Source: Blastocystis sp. Blastoise
Lineage: Eukaryota > Protista > Bigyra: Opalinata
NCBI GenBank assembly: GCA_039096225.1
Contig: JBBPEB010000006.1
Coordinates: 62,001 to 126,000, forward strand
Direction of reading: 5' to 3'
Length of the DNA stretch: 64,000 nt
The position numbers were made by a program, and so were the translations under genes. A model generated the notes under the pieces. The model did not search any database, was not told the origin of the DNA, and was given only the letters and a program-made list of their open reading frames with translations. Shown piece after piece: positions 38,582 through 52,852 of the stretch (its first letter is position 1; each line of letters opens with the position of its first letter).

Positions 38582-41278
38582 TTATCCGAACAAAAATCCT
38601 TTCAAAGAACTCTCTCCGAATGTTCGCATCACAAAGTCACTTTCTTCTGGTCTATATATATAGGTTATTATGAAAAAAATAATAATAATAATAGAAATAA
38701 TGTATTTTTAAAAATAGGTATATATAGAATAAGGAATAGTATATATATAGAGTATTATAAAAATAATAATAATAAAGAAATAATGTATTTTTTTAAATAG
38801 GTATATAGAGAATAAGGAATAGTATATATAGGGTATTATAAAAATAATAATAATAAAGAAATAATATATTCTTAAAAATAGGTATATAGAGAATAAGGAA
38901 TAGTATATATTTAGGGTATTATTAAAAAATAGTAATAATAAAGAAATAATGTATTTTTTAAAATAGGTATATAGAGAATAAAAAATAGATGAAGTATACG
39001 TTAATTTTAAGAGCTGAATAATCGCGGGAATAATAGCCCGTCTTTCACTAGTAGTTTTTGCCAAGAAATAGCCACTGATCGTATGACGGAAATATTTATA
39101 ATTTTCTTCTTTATCGATTTCAATAATATGTTTCAAATCTCCCTCTAATTCCTCGATATGTCCGCGGAGCTTCTCATTCTCATGAGTCAACGCATTATTC
39201 TGACTATAAACACAGGAGTAATATTATATATTTTATATTATATATATATTATATATTATATATTATATATTATGGTTATTATGTATATTATTTAAAATAT
39301 TTATATCATTACATATATAGCATATATTATTATTATATATATACCTCTCAATAGTAGTAATATTTTCTTTCAATTTAAATAATTGAGTTCGTAATTCTTG
39401 TAATTGATTTTGAGGAATCTTATATATATCAAGATTTTGAATTGATGTATTTTCTAAAACACGAGCTAAAATAGTATCACCCAATGATATACCAATCGGG
39501 TCATTTGATTTCTTGGAAACCTCTGGATTCCCGCAATTATTGTTCTGTTCTTGGGCAGCTTCAAGACCCTCTTCAATCGATACAACAATCGGGACACTCG
39601 TCATTTCTTTCACAGGAGTTGATTCCCGCGGGGAATCAGAAGCAACCATAACGGGAGTCACAGGCTTTATAGCTACAGGTGTATTCGCGGAATTCTGTTG
39701 AATTGTGTCTTTCAACTTTTCTAACCGTTCTTTGAATCCCTCAATATCAACATTCTGTTCCGAAATAATTCGTTTTGATTCTTCAAGATCATGTGATATT
39801 GTCACATTCTTATTGGTCAATTCTGTAATAGTATTTTGAAGAGTATTTAATTGTTGTATATAGCTCTCTTTCTGCTGCTTATTGGACTCTGTCAACTTTT
39901 CAATTGTATCTATTCATTAAATATAATATATACTATACTCATATATAGACAGATATATATATACCACAAGAATCAGAACATTCTTTTTGAGCAGACTCTA
40001 ATTGTGTTTCGTACTGTGTTATTTTATTTTCTAATTTATTGGATGATTCCTTTACAGAATTCAATTCATTGGTTAATGCTTCCACTTGTTTTTTCAATTC
40101 TTCTTCTTTATATATATTAACACTCGTACTCATCTGACGAATGGCAAGCACGTGCTTCTTTTTATATAATTCGAACTCGTTTTTCAACGAATTGTATTCC
40201 TTTTCTTTTTGATCCTTCAAATAAGCATATTTCCCACGGTAATTCTCAATCTGAGTAAATAATTCTTGAGGTAATTCTTCATTCTTCAAAGTCGTATTTG
40301 TTTGCATATAAACAGTTTGTGGAATCCATTTTATAAAGGAATCTTCTAGAATATATATATATAGTTATTGTTATATTGTTATATATATTGTTATATTGTT
40401 ATATATATTGTTATACTGTTATATATATATATTGTTATATATTGTTATATATTGTTATATATTGTTATATATATACCCCCTTGAATTTCTACAATGAAAT
40501 AAATAACGTCGCGAATCTTAATAACCGCCAGAATCGATTTTTCTTCATCAGGGACACAATTCGGGAGATATTTATATTCCCAATAATCAATCTATATATA
40601 TATATATATATATAGTTATATATATATAGTTATATATACGGTTTGTTGTAGTTCTTCATTCTTACTGGTCACTTCCATATATAACGTCTTATAACGAGTC
40701 TCATTAGTCTTACTATGTATATATATATAGTAATCACTCTATATATATACATATATATATATACATATTATTAATTTCTTCTTCAACGGATTTCATTAAC
40801 TGATCTTTTCGACTCTTTATATATATATAGAGTTATATAGTTATATAGTTATATATAGTTATATACAAGTTGTTCATCTTTTTCTTGAATTTGTTTACTT
40901 AATTCAATCTATATAACATATATATATATATATAATTATAAATATATATATATACATTATTATAATCCTTTTCAGAAATTGATTTAAGAAGTGTATTCTA
41001 TATAATAATATATACATATATATATATTCATATATACATGTGTCTCTTCACTTTCAGAAATCTTCTTATTTTTTAATTCCTATAAATTTATATAAATATA
41101 AATATATATAAATATATAAATATATATATATATACCACAGAAGAAGTCAATTCTTTTACACGATCTCTTAATTCCTTCTATATATATATATAGTTATATA
41201 TATATATATAGTTATATATATATATATTCATATATATACAATCTCTTGATCCTTGCTTGAAGTAGATTGATTGATTTG

Positions 41279-41358
<80 letters not shown>

Positions 41359-41773
41359 GAGAGTTTTACGATCTAGTTCCAAAGACGAACATCGAGATAC
41401 TAATTCATTCTATATATATAGTTATATAGTTATAGTTATATAGTTATATATATATAGTTATATAGTTATATATATATACTCGAACTTTTTCTAAGTCACT
41501 GATTTTACCCAATAAATCATCCTACATATATATAGTTATAAATATATACATATATATATGTATAGAGTTATACATACATTATCTTTTTCCAACTTTTGCA
41601 TCTTATCTGATACCTTGGCATTCTATATATATAACTATATATATATAGTTATATATACATTATCTTTAACAATTGACTTTGTCTTGTTAACCAATTGCTT
41701 CAACTTCAACTCATTCGATTTAGTTTGTTGAAGTTCTTCAGTTTTCGCGTCTAATTCACGATGTAATGTACTC

Positions 41774-41846
<73 letters not shown>

Positions 41847-42470
41847 TTGCCTGTTCTATTGAAGTTATCTTTTGCTTTAATTCGCTCTATATATAATTAT
41901 ATATAATTATATATATATATATATATACTGATTCTTTGTTCAAATTTTCAATTTGAGTTAAAAAGTCGTTCTATATATATATATAAATAATTATATATAT
42001 AATATTACCATTTGTGCCTCTATTTCACGTGATTCCTCAGAAGATTGATTGGTTGAAGATGCCTAATAATAATTATATATATATATATATATATACCATT
42101 TCAATATTAAGTGATTCAATCTTATTTTCTAATTCCTTCTATAATTATATATATATTATTTTTATAATATATATATACATTTTTATTAGTTAATGTATTA
42201 ATAGTATCCTGTGACTTGTTCTATATATATACATATATATATACATATATGATATATATATATACAAGTTGAGTTGTAAGGGAATCAATTTCTTTATTCA
42301 ATTCATTCTATATATATATATAAAAATATGTATATATATATATATACTTGTAAAGAAGTATCTTTAATTAATTTCTCTTTCAATTCATTGTATATATATA
42401 ATATATATATATTATAAGTATATATATACGTATATAGTTTCCAGTTCATTAAATTTACCCACAAAGTCCA

Positions 42471-42525
<55 letters not shown>

Positions 42526-42560
42526 TCATTATTACTTGCTTCAATTTGATCATTAAGAGA

Positions 42561-42606
<46 letters not shown>

Positions 42607-44094
42607 AGTTTTCTTAAGGTCACTAATTTGATTGGTGTATTTATAAACAGCATCATTTAATTCATTAATTTGATTGGTATTTACAGAAATAGTATTATTA
42701 AGTTCATCAATCTGATTCGTCTTTTCAGTAACAGAATTATTTAATTCATTAATTTGATTGGTGTATTCTGTAACACTATTACTGAATTTGGTTGATTGAT
42801 TTGTTGTTTCAGAAATAGTATTTCTTAATTCCTCTATTTCATTGGTATATTTATGTACAGAATCATTCAAGGCAATTATCTTACTGGAATCATCAGAAAT
42901 TGTATTCTCTAATTCATTTATTTTATTGGATTTCTCAGAAATTGTATTCTCTAATTCATTTATTTCATTGGACTTCTCAGAAATTGTATTTTCTAATTCA
43001 TTTATTTCATTGGATTTCTCAGAAATTGTATTCTTTAAATCATTAATTTCATTGGATTTCTCATTAACAGTATTCTTTAAATCATTAATTTCATTGGATT
43101 TCTCAGAAATAGAATTCTTTAAATCATTTATTTCATTGCACTTCTCAGTAACAGTATTTCTTAAATCATTTATTTCATTGGATTTCTCAGAAATAGTATT
43201 ATTCAATTCTGGAATGTTATTGGTTTGCTCAGAAATAGTATTCTTTATATCCGAAAGTTCATTGGATTGTTCACTAAGTGTTTTTGTAAGAATTTCAATT
43301 TCATTGGACTTCTCAGAAATAGTATTCTTTAAATCATTGATTTCACTGGATTTTTCTGTAATAGTATTCTTTAAGTTATCCATTTCATTGGATTTTTCAG
43401 AAATTGTATTCTTTAATTCATTGATTTCATTGGACTTCTCAGAAATTGTATTTTCTAATTCATTTATTCTATTGGACTTCTCAGAAATAGTATTCTTAAA
43501 TTGTTCTATTTCACTGGATTTCTCAGTAACAGTATTCTTTAATTCCTCGATTTCATTGGATTTCTCAGAAATTGTATTCTTTAAGTTATCTATTTCATTG
43601 GATTTCTCAGTAATAGTATTCTTAAATTGTTCTATTTTATTGATTAATTCGGTTTTCATGGCATCATTTTCAGTCTATATATAATTATATAATTATATAA
43701 TTATATATATACCTGTTGTTGTTTAACTTGTACCAACTGAGCATTCAATTCATTCTATATATACATATATATGTATATACTTATATATATATACAATGGT
43801 TTCCTGACTGCGATTATTTTGTTCCTTCAAATCATCCTATATATATAATTATATATATATAATTATATATATATAATTATATAGTTATACAATCATAGAT
43901 TCATATTCATCATTCTTATTGGCATAATCAATCTATATATATAGATATACATATATATATATATATATACATTTGTGGATTTCATTATTTCCATTTGTTT
44001 TATTTGTTGATCCTATATATATATATAGTTATATATATATATATACTCTTTCTTCATGAAGATCATTGATTGTTTTACGGTACGAATTCTATAG

Positions 44095-44133
<39 letters not shown>

Positions 44134-44269
44134 TTGAGCTTCAACATCACGTGATGACGTGCTATTCTGATTGGCTAAAGTGCTCTATATATAATCATAT
44201 ATATACAGATACAAACATATATATACATTTTCTTCTTCAAGTCGTTCCATTTTACTGACAAGTAAACTC

Positions 44270-44317
<48 letters not shown>

Positions 44318-44439
44318 TGATCATCATTAACGGTCTTTAATTGTTTTTCTAATTCAACCTTTATATATATATAGTATATATATAGTTATATATATATACA
44401 ATTTGTTGTTTATATGTAGAGCATTCATTAGCAGCAGAT

Positions 44440-44477
<38 letters not shown>

Positions 44478-44533
44478 ACAATGTCAGTTGTTAATTTGGA
44501 ATTTTCATCAGTCAATTCATCCTTTATAAATAA

Positions 44534-44601
<68 letters not shown>

Positions 44602-44718
44602 GTTGTTTCATGAGAATACTTAATTGACTCTTATTTTCTTCCTATATATATATATATATATATGTATAATTATATACAATAGTATGTTCAAGTTGTTTAA
44701 TTGATTCAATTTGAGATT

Positions 44719-44753
<35 letters not shown>

Positions 44754-44824
44754 TATATATATATATACTATATATATATACAATAAGCTTTGATTTCTCT
44801 TCCATCTGATTGGATAATTCTTGC

Positions 44825-44858
<34 letters not shown>

Positions 44859-45121
44859 ACTATTTATATATATGTATATATATACCTTTTCCTTTGTAAG
44901 AGCTGCTACTTTATCATTAATTTCAGTCTATATATAGTTATATATATAATCAAATATATAGTTATATATATATACCTTTTCTTTAGCAATCTGTTGAATT
45001 CGACTTAAAGCAGAATTCTATATATACATATATATATACATATATATATATATATATGCCTTTTGTCCTTTCATTGTTTCCAGTTTCTCCAAAAGCGAAA
45101 TATTCTCCTGAGTCTTAACTT

Positions 45122-45162
<41 letters not shown>

Positions 45163-45222
45163 GTATATACTAGATCCGAACGAAGAGTTTCTATTTGCTT
45201 TGTCATTTCATCCTATTATATA

Positions 45223-45268
<46 letters not shown>

Positions 45269-45310
45269 CACTATCCGAATGAAGTGAATCAAATTGATGA
45301 CGAAGATCTT

Positions 45311-45361
<51 letters not shown>

Positions 45362-45682
45362 ATATATACATATTGTTGATGTTCTTGTTCTTCTTTCGTT
45401 AATGAATTTGACTATATACATATATATATACAACTATATATTTATAAGCATACATTTTCAGCTAAAGTGTTTTCTAGTTTTTGTTCGATTTCAGACTAAT
45501 TCAGATAATTTCAGTAAATATATAATAAAATACTTTTTCACTTAGGATTAACTCATACTTAGACTTTAATTCTTTCTATTTATATATATATATATTATAT
45601 ATAATAATTATATATAATTATATATATATATACCAGTTCATTTGTCAAGTTTTCCTTTTCTTTCTCAATTTCAGACTATTTA

Positions 45683-45718
<36 letters not shown>

Positions 45719-45757
45719 GTTTACTGGTACTCACAGTCAATTCATTAGTTATCTTAG

Positions 45758-45832
<75 letters not shown>

Positions 45833-46403
45833 GTTCTTCCTTCAGAGTATTAAGCGTTTGTTCTGAATCAGACTAATATAAATAAATAAATATATATATA
45901 TATATATATACTTTGAATTGAGACAACTGTGTAACTTGATCCTGTAGCAAACTCTATATATATATAACTATCTATATATATATATATATATATACAATAG
46001 TATCATTGGATTTGATTAAAGAAGCTTCAATTTCAGCCTAATTCAGATAGTTTCAGATATATAAATATATATATATACTTTTGTTTCACCAAGTTCTTTA
46101 TGTTGTTCACTCAATTCAGCCTATTTCAGTCATATTAAGAGATATAATATATATATATATATATATATACATAATGTTTCTTTATTAATTCGAGTTGAGA
46201 GAGTGTGTCATTCTAAACAGAGAAGTAAAATGATTTTTGGCGGGAATATATATATATATATATATACTTGTTGTTGAGTTACAGAGGCTGTCTTATTCTC
46301 TATTTCAGACTATTTCAGTATATATATATATAGGTATATATATATATATACTTGTTGTTTTTGGAGTAATTCAAGTTGTTCAATTGCAGATAACTATATA
46401 TAT

Positions 46404-46440
<37 letters not shown>

Positions 46441-46476
46441 TCCTTTGTAAGAGAATCAACTTGAGAAAGTGTTTCT

Positions 46477-46520
<44 letters not shown>

Positions 46521-46856
46521 GTTCTTCAACAATAGAATGATAATTTGTTTCCAATTCAGTCTTTTCCAATAATACGGAATTCAATTGAGTTTGAAGTTCA
46601 TTCTATATATATATAATAATAATAATAATAATTTACATATATATATATATATATACATCATGTTGTTTTAATGTTTCAATTTGATTTGTATATTCAGACT
46701 ATATATATATATATTAGAGTATATAATTATATATATATATATATACAATTGATTCTTGAGAGATATTATTTGAAGTCTATATAAGAGTTATATATATATA
46801 TATATATATATATACCGATTGAGAATCGATTTGTTGTTTTAATTTTGTCTATATAT

Positions 46857-46889
<33 letters not shown>

Positions 46890-47655
46890 ATTATCTTCCT
46901 GTGATATCTCTAATTGTTTCTTTGCTTCCGCCTATATATATATATATATACATATATAATAAATACATATATATATATACCAATTCTTTATTAATACTTT
47001 CAATTTGTTCTCTCATTTGAGAATTCATTTGACTCTATATATATATATAAATATATAACTATATATATATACCATAAGAGTCATTTGTTCTTCTTCTTTC
47101 GAATTCAACTCTTTTTCCAGTTTTTCCTATTTATATATATAACTATATAACTATATATATACCTTATCATTATTTAAATTCTCAATTTCTGCAGTTAAGA
47201 ATACCTATTTATAAAGCAAGATATATAGAACATATTAAATAATAATGATTAACATACAATTTTAGTCTTTTCACTTTTCAATTCTTGTTCTAATGACTAT
47301 TTATATAAATATAAATATCTATAAATATTATTGTTTAAATACTTTATTTGTATTGGAAGAAGATTCTAACTCAGAACGCAAATTTTCCTAAGAACAAGTT
47401 ATTAATTATTCAGAACAAATAGTATACATTTTGATGAGTTAAACTAACCAAATTTTCACTCATTTTCTTAGAGTTAATCTCATATTGTTTCTAAAATGAA
47501 TATTTATTAACTAAAGAAATATCGTAAAAATTAAAATACGTTGTCTTCTTGAAGTTTCTTACATTGATTAATCAATTTTTTCTAATTATATATAAAGAAC
47601 ATTAGAATTCTATTCATACGCAATTATCAAATAACTTCTTCTTCTCTCCCTTTTC
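38582..47655 (-). CDS. GRIP-domain golgin-like long coiled-coil protein, ~70 exons
   Basis: C-terminal GRIP-like motif [17 protein letters not shown]...[16 protein letters not shown]|PEES, heptad-rich E/K/Q/L/N exons throughout, and a 14-aa tandem repeat block. Last exon ends ...KGFLFG*. The start at 47655 is tentative. Confidence 0.85.
38655..38985. repeat. Intronic minisatellite, ~83-bp period, ~4 copies
   Basis: aaataggtatat..agaataaggaatagtatata...aaagaaataatgtatttt restarts at 38712, 38795, 38876 and 38961, inside the last golgin intron. Confidence 0.85.
42604..43674 (-). repeat. Coding 42-bp tandem repeat (14-aa unit [14 protein letters not shown]-like), ~24 copies, in one 1071-nt exon
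   Basis: Repeating ttcattggatttctcagaaattgtattct on the + strand. Exon length 1071 = 51 x 21 nt. Confidence 0.9.
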
Positions 47656-49051
47656 TTTTTCCAATTCTACTTTCAACTGAATTGCATCTTTTGATAATTC
47701 ACTAGTTTCAGTCATCCTAACAATAATTATTTGTAAATATTAAAGAAAAATACTTAGGTGTAACTATTATATTATCTTTTGATATATAAAAGTAATTATA
47801 AACGATATATATCCAAGAAACTAATTGTTTTCTTAATATAACAGTAATTCCAGAAACTTTTCATTTTTTAATAGCACTAATGACAAAAAACCGTGATTTG
47901 AAACGTTTATCAAACAAACTTTTTGTCCTTTTATTTGTGTAGATATTCCATGAAATATTTGTTTTTTACTGATTTTATTCGACTTTTCCGTGGAAATTAA
48001 CTTTTTTATATATCGTTTTTATTCATTTTATTCATTCATATATATATTTTGTGACTCTCTTCTATTGTGTATCTTAATAACAGTATTCTAGAGTATGTTG
48101 TTCAATTATTGAATCAATCTATATATACATGACGTCAACCATTTGATTATGAATATCTATTCTTATGCATTTTATTCAATATTAGTCTAAGAGATAGCGT
48201 CATAAACATAAAATTTATGTTTATAAGAACTTTTAAAACAGTGATCTCAAAAACATGGTTTTTTATATCACTAACAGTTGAATATATGCATCATATATGA
48301 AACCATATTTCTCTGTATATGTTTAGTAGAAATATTATATATATTTTATAATAGCGATTAATCATAATTTTTTTGCATCAATAGAAACACTTTATTATAC
48401 TCTAATTCTTATATAACAACGTTTCAAGTACTTAAAAATTATTTTTATTAAAATATATTAAAACCATTTTATTCTCTAAATCTAAAAAATTATCTTATAA
48501 GAATTTGTTTTATTTTTTTAGTTTTGTTTTCCTTTTAAATATTTTTTCATAATTAAGTCCTTATTTATTTATTTAGGACTAAACTACATAGAGTAGGATA
48601 TTGGATGAATTTATATATTCAATTGACTCTTTAGTTAAATTCTATTGAAAGTATGTAGTTGATAAAAGAAACGAAAATAAGTTAGACTGCTATAACTAAT
48701 GTTACTGACTATAAATTCATTATTTATTTATAATTTATTGGAGATTTTCAATGATTGCTTGCTTGATATATGAATAAAACAAAGTCTTTTTATTCATAAA
48801 AGGTTATAATAGTTGTCATAATAATTTAAGACTAAATATTAGATTATTCGTAGGTATAATTCATTGTTTTTATAATTAAGTTGATTTTATTTTGCATCAT
48901 TATTCATAGCAACCAAACAACAATTAAATGAGATTTACATGTAATATGGAAGAATAATTGAAGAAATAAAGATATCTTCAAAAAAAGAGATTTCCATTGA
49001 AAGTTGAAGATAAAGTTGTTTCGTTAAACGATTGTCTGAAATAGTATTCGT

Positions 49052-50283
49052 TTAGATCTTATCAAGAGGAACGATTCCAAGAAGTTCAAATCCTTGTCTC
49101 ATAATTTTTTCAGAAGCAGCACATAATAATAAACGAGAATCTTGTTCTTCTATATATAATATATATATGATTATGATTATTATAAATATATATAATATAT
49201 ATGTTATATTATATACCTGTTCCTATGACTCTGCAATCTCTGTAGAAGGCATTAAGTTTTTGAGAGAGATCATATAAGTATTTACATATACGATTAGGAA
49301 GGAGATCTGAATAGACAGCTTCTAAAGTATCTTGGAAACGAAGTAAATAACAAGCTAAATCCCATCTATAGTATATTATGATTATGATTATGATTATGAT
49401 TATGATGATGATTATGATTATTAGAGAATATAAATAATAAAATAATAAATAAAAAACATAAAATATAATACTAACAATACTACATACTCTGCATCTTCAT
49501 TAAGATGAATAGCGTTATTCTTAGCAAGTTCTTCAATAGGTACATTACATTTATTGATAATACTTTGAATACGAGCATGACTGTATTGCATATATACATT
49601 AGTATCTCCATCAGGAGTAAGCATACGATCAAAGTTAAAGATATAATCCGATAAACGATTTTGACGTAAATCGAAATATTTTACACCACCATAACCTAAT
49701 TGACTACCTGCAAATTCGATATCTTTAGGATCTGTAAGAGAAGAGATCCCTTGTTCTACACGTTGATTTAATATACCTATAGCTCTCTCACGAGCTTCAT
49801 CTAATAAATCAATTAAACGAACACTCTTTCCTGCTCTAGTCTTGAATTTCTTCTTATCTTCTCCTTGAACAACACCGAAACCCACGTGATCGACACGAAC
49901 TTCCTTACCATCAGCACGATCAAACCAGCCAGCCTCACGTGCTCCAGCAAATACTTGTTGGAAATGAAGAGCTTGACCACTATCGACAACATAAATGATC
50001 CAATCAGCTTTTTGTTCTTGGATTCTATAACGAATAGCACATAAATCAGTACTATCATATCCATAACCACCATCTCTCTTCTTAACAATAAGAGGAACAT
50101 CAAATCCCTTGGGGAAAAAGACTAAAGCACCATCATCTTCTTTAATAAGTCCTTTCTCAGTGAGTTCTTCTACCACAGAAGGAAGAAGAGGGTTATAAAA
50201 AGATTCTCCCTTTACTTCTAAACGTTGATCTATATGAAGTAAATCATATACCTATAAATATAATAAAATAATAATAATAATAA

Positions 50284-50332
<49 letters not shown>

Positions 50333-51546
50333 TACTTTTCTGAACATTTGTTCCGAGATAGAGCAGAGTGTTTTCCACATCTTTATATCTCTTTCATCCC
50401 CACTTTGAAGATGAACAACCTCCTCTTGACTTCTCTTCTTAAAGGATTCATCTTCATCAAACTTCTTCTTAGCTTCCTTGAGAAAAAGTATTATTATAAA
50501 ATATATAATTAATAAAATAATAATAATAATAAAATAAATATAATAAATATAAATATAATAAAAAAATAATAAATATAAATATAATAAAAAAATAATAAAT
50601 ATAAATAAAATCTATATAATAAAAAAAAATAAAACAATAATCTATACTATACCTTATAGAAAACAGTAAGATCTTGAATAGAAGGAGGATTTGTTTCAAA
50701 ATCAGGAGCTATATCATTTAAATGACTAATAAGCATACCAAATTGAGTACCCCAATCTCCTACATGATTAATACGAATTACATCATGTCCAGCGAATTCT
50801 AAGATACGAGCAAGTGAATCTCCAATAATAGTACTTCTTAAATGTCCTACATGCATATCTTTAGCTATATTAGGAGAAGAATAATCAATAATAACTCTCT
50901 TCTTTTCGATAGGAGGAGGAACAACACCACGAGTCAAAATCTTCTTTACACTCTCACTAACCCATTCTTTATTCAAATAAAAATTAATAAAACCAGGACC
51001 AGCTATCTCTAATTTACCAATAATAGCTTCTTCTATATTCAATAATTATTATTTATTAATGAAAAAAATAAAATAATAATATTATATAAAAAATAATAAA
51101 AAAAATATAAAATAATAATATAAAAACAATAAAACAATAAAATAATAATAAAAAAACAATAAAAACATACGAGGCATGCTATTCATAATCGATTGAGCAA
51201 CTTCTCTTGGATTCTTAGGAGCTTCAGCACCCATTTCAGTCTTTAAAGTCTTTAATAAACTAAGTGCAGCATTACATTGATAATCATGCTTCATCTTAGA
51301 ATTCGTATTTTGAGCAACCTATAAAAATATAGAATGATCCATAAAAACTCATCATTATTTCATATAAATAGTCAAACATCATAATACACATGTTTATGAA
51401 TAATTTATTTATAAATAACAAATAGAATATACTTGAGCATTGATGGGAAGTTTACTTAACATACAAGGATAAGCAGTACTTATCGCTTGAACAAAAAGAT
51501 TAGTCACAGTAGATAATAAGGAAGCACCTTCTTTTATTTCAGACAT
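49052..51546 (-). CDS. RARS1: Arginine--tRNA ligase (class I), multi-exon
   Basis: [40 protein letters not shown] (HIGH motif), [49 protein letters not shown]-terminus ...[10 protein letters not shown]. Confidence 0.97.
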
Positions 51547-52852
51547 CGCTATTCTTCCTAACATTTATTTATTTAATGTCGTTCATAAATAAGAAATACA
51601 AAAAACCATACCATTCGTCATATTCCCCAAAGAATGAGTCATTTCGCGTCATAATTTTATTTTCATGATTCTTATCAATATTACACTAGAAAAACAAAAT
51701 TATTTCTGGTTTTCAAACTCACTTCAAGAAAGAATTTGTTTTCATATATAAATTATTTGTTATCATGTAAGAATTATTTCGTCTTTTTTTTCTTTTCTAG
51801 TTATTACATTACTCATGAAATGCGTTGGATTTTTAATAAGTGACGCTAACTCATAAGTATATAAACTTTCTTTTCTGTAGATAACCAAGTGAAAGAAACA
51901 TTTCACTACTCTTCTGATGAAAATATACTCATAATATCATTTCAGATAGCTTATACTATTGCTAGACTATAATACGATGAAAGTTGAATGATAATCAAAA
52001 CTTATAATTACAAATATATAATTTGTTTCCTTAAAAAATTATAATTATTTCAAACATATAGTTTCAACATGTATGTGATATGAATGTAAATGTTATTGAA
52101 CCTATAAAAATGATAATAAAACTATTTTATGTTATCTAAAAAAATTTTCATTGATAATTATCAATATCCTGTCGATCTTCTACTGTACAATCTCTAAATA
52201 AAATATAATATCTACAATTAAGCAAATATATCATTCTAAATAATATATTATGTAATAAACTAGTGTTCATTTGGTTATTTCAATAATATCATAAAATAAC
52301 TGACGTAGATGACAAAAAAGTAACCTAAACAACACAGAATTATCTCTATACATCCAATACAATATCTATATATAAAAACTGTACTTCTTTCAAGCGAAAT
52401 ATTCAATACAATTAAAAGAAAGTGGAACAGAATACGTCAACATAGCTCTAGATAAATCATATATGATCTAACTTAGTATAACCTTTACAAAATACTAGCA
52501 ATATTCTTGTGAGTATTGATTTCATTTCGACGTTTAGAGCTAAAACTTATTTATATTAAATGCTGAACGTTTCAAGTGACAAAATATTTTAAGAATTAAC
52601 GGTGAAAATAATTGAGTCAGATATTTTTAATTGAATATTTGAGTATTTTTCTAGTATTCTCATCGTACACAACGAAATCATGATTATAGGAAAGTCAAAA
52701 AAATTTATTAGTATGTCTTGAATCTCGAAAACCATGAGAAAAACAATATTGTGTACTATTCTTAAGGAAATAATCATAGGAATTTCAACACTAAAAATGA
52801 GACACCAATTGAAAATTTGGCATTTAGTTTCTTTCCTTTTTTTGTATAAAAG

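Noticed and set aside
42842-43684. 280-aa plus-strand ORF (SLDFSEIVF repeats), and possible CRISPR-like regular repeats
   Set aside because: It is the antisense of the coiled-coil repeat. The 42-bp units are contiguous coding repeats without unique spacers, and there are no cas genes. The exon/(TA)n alternation is explained by splicing.
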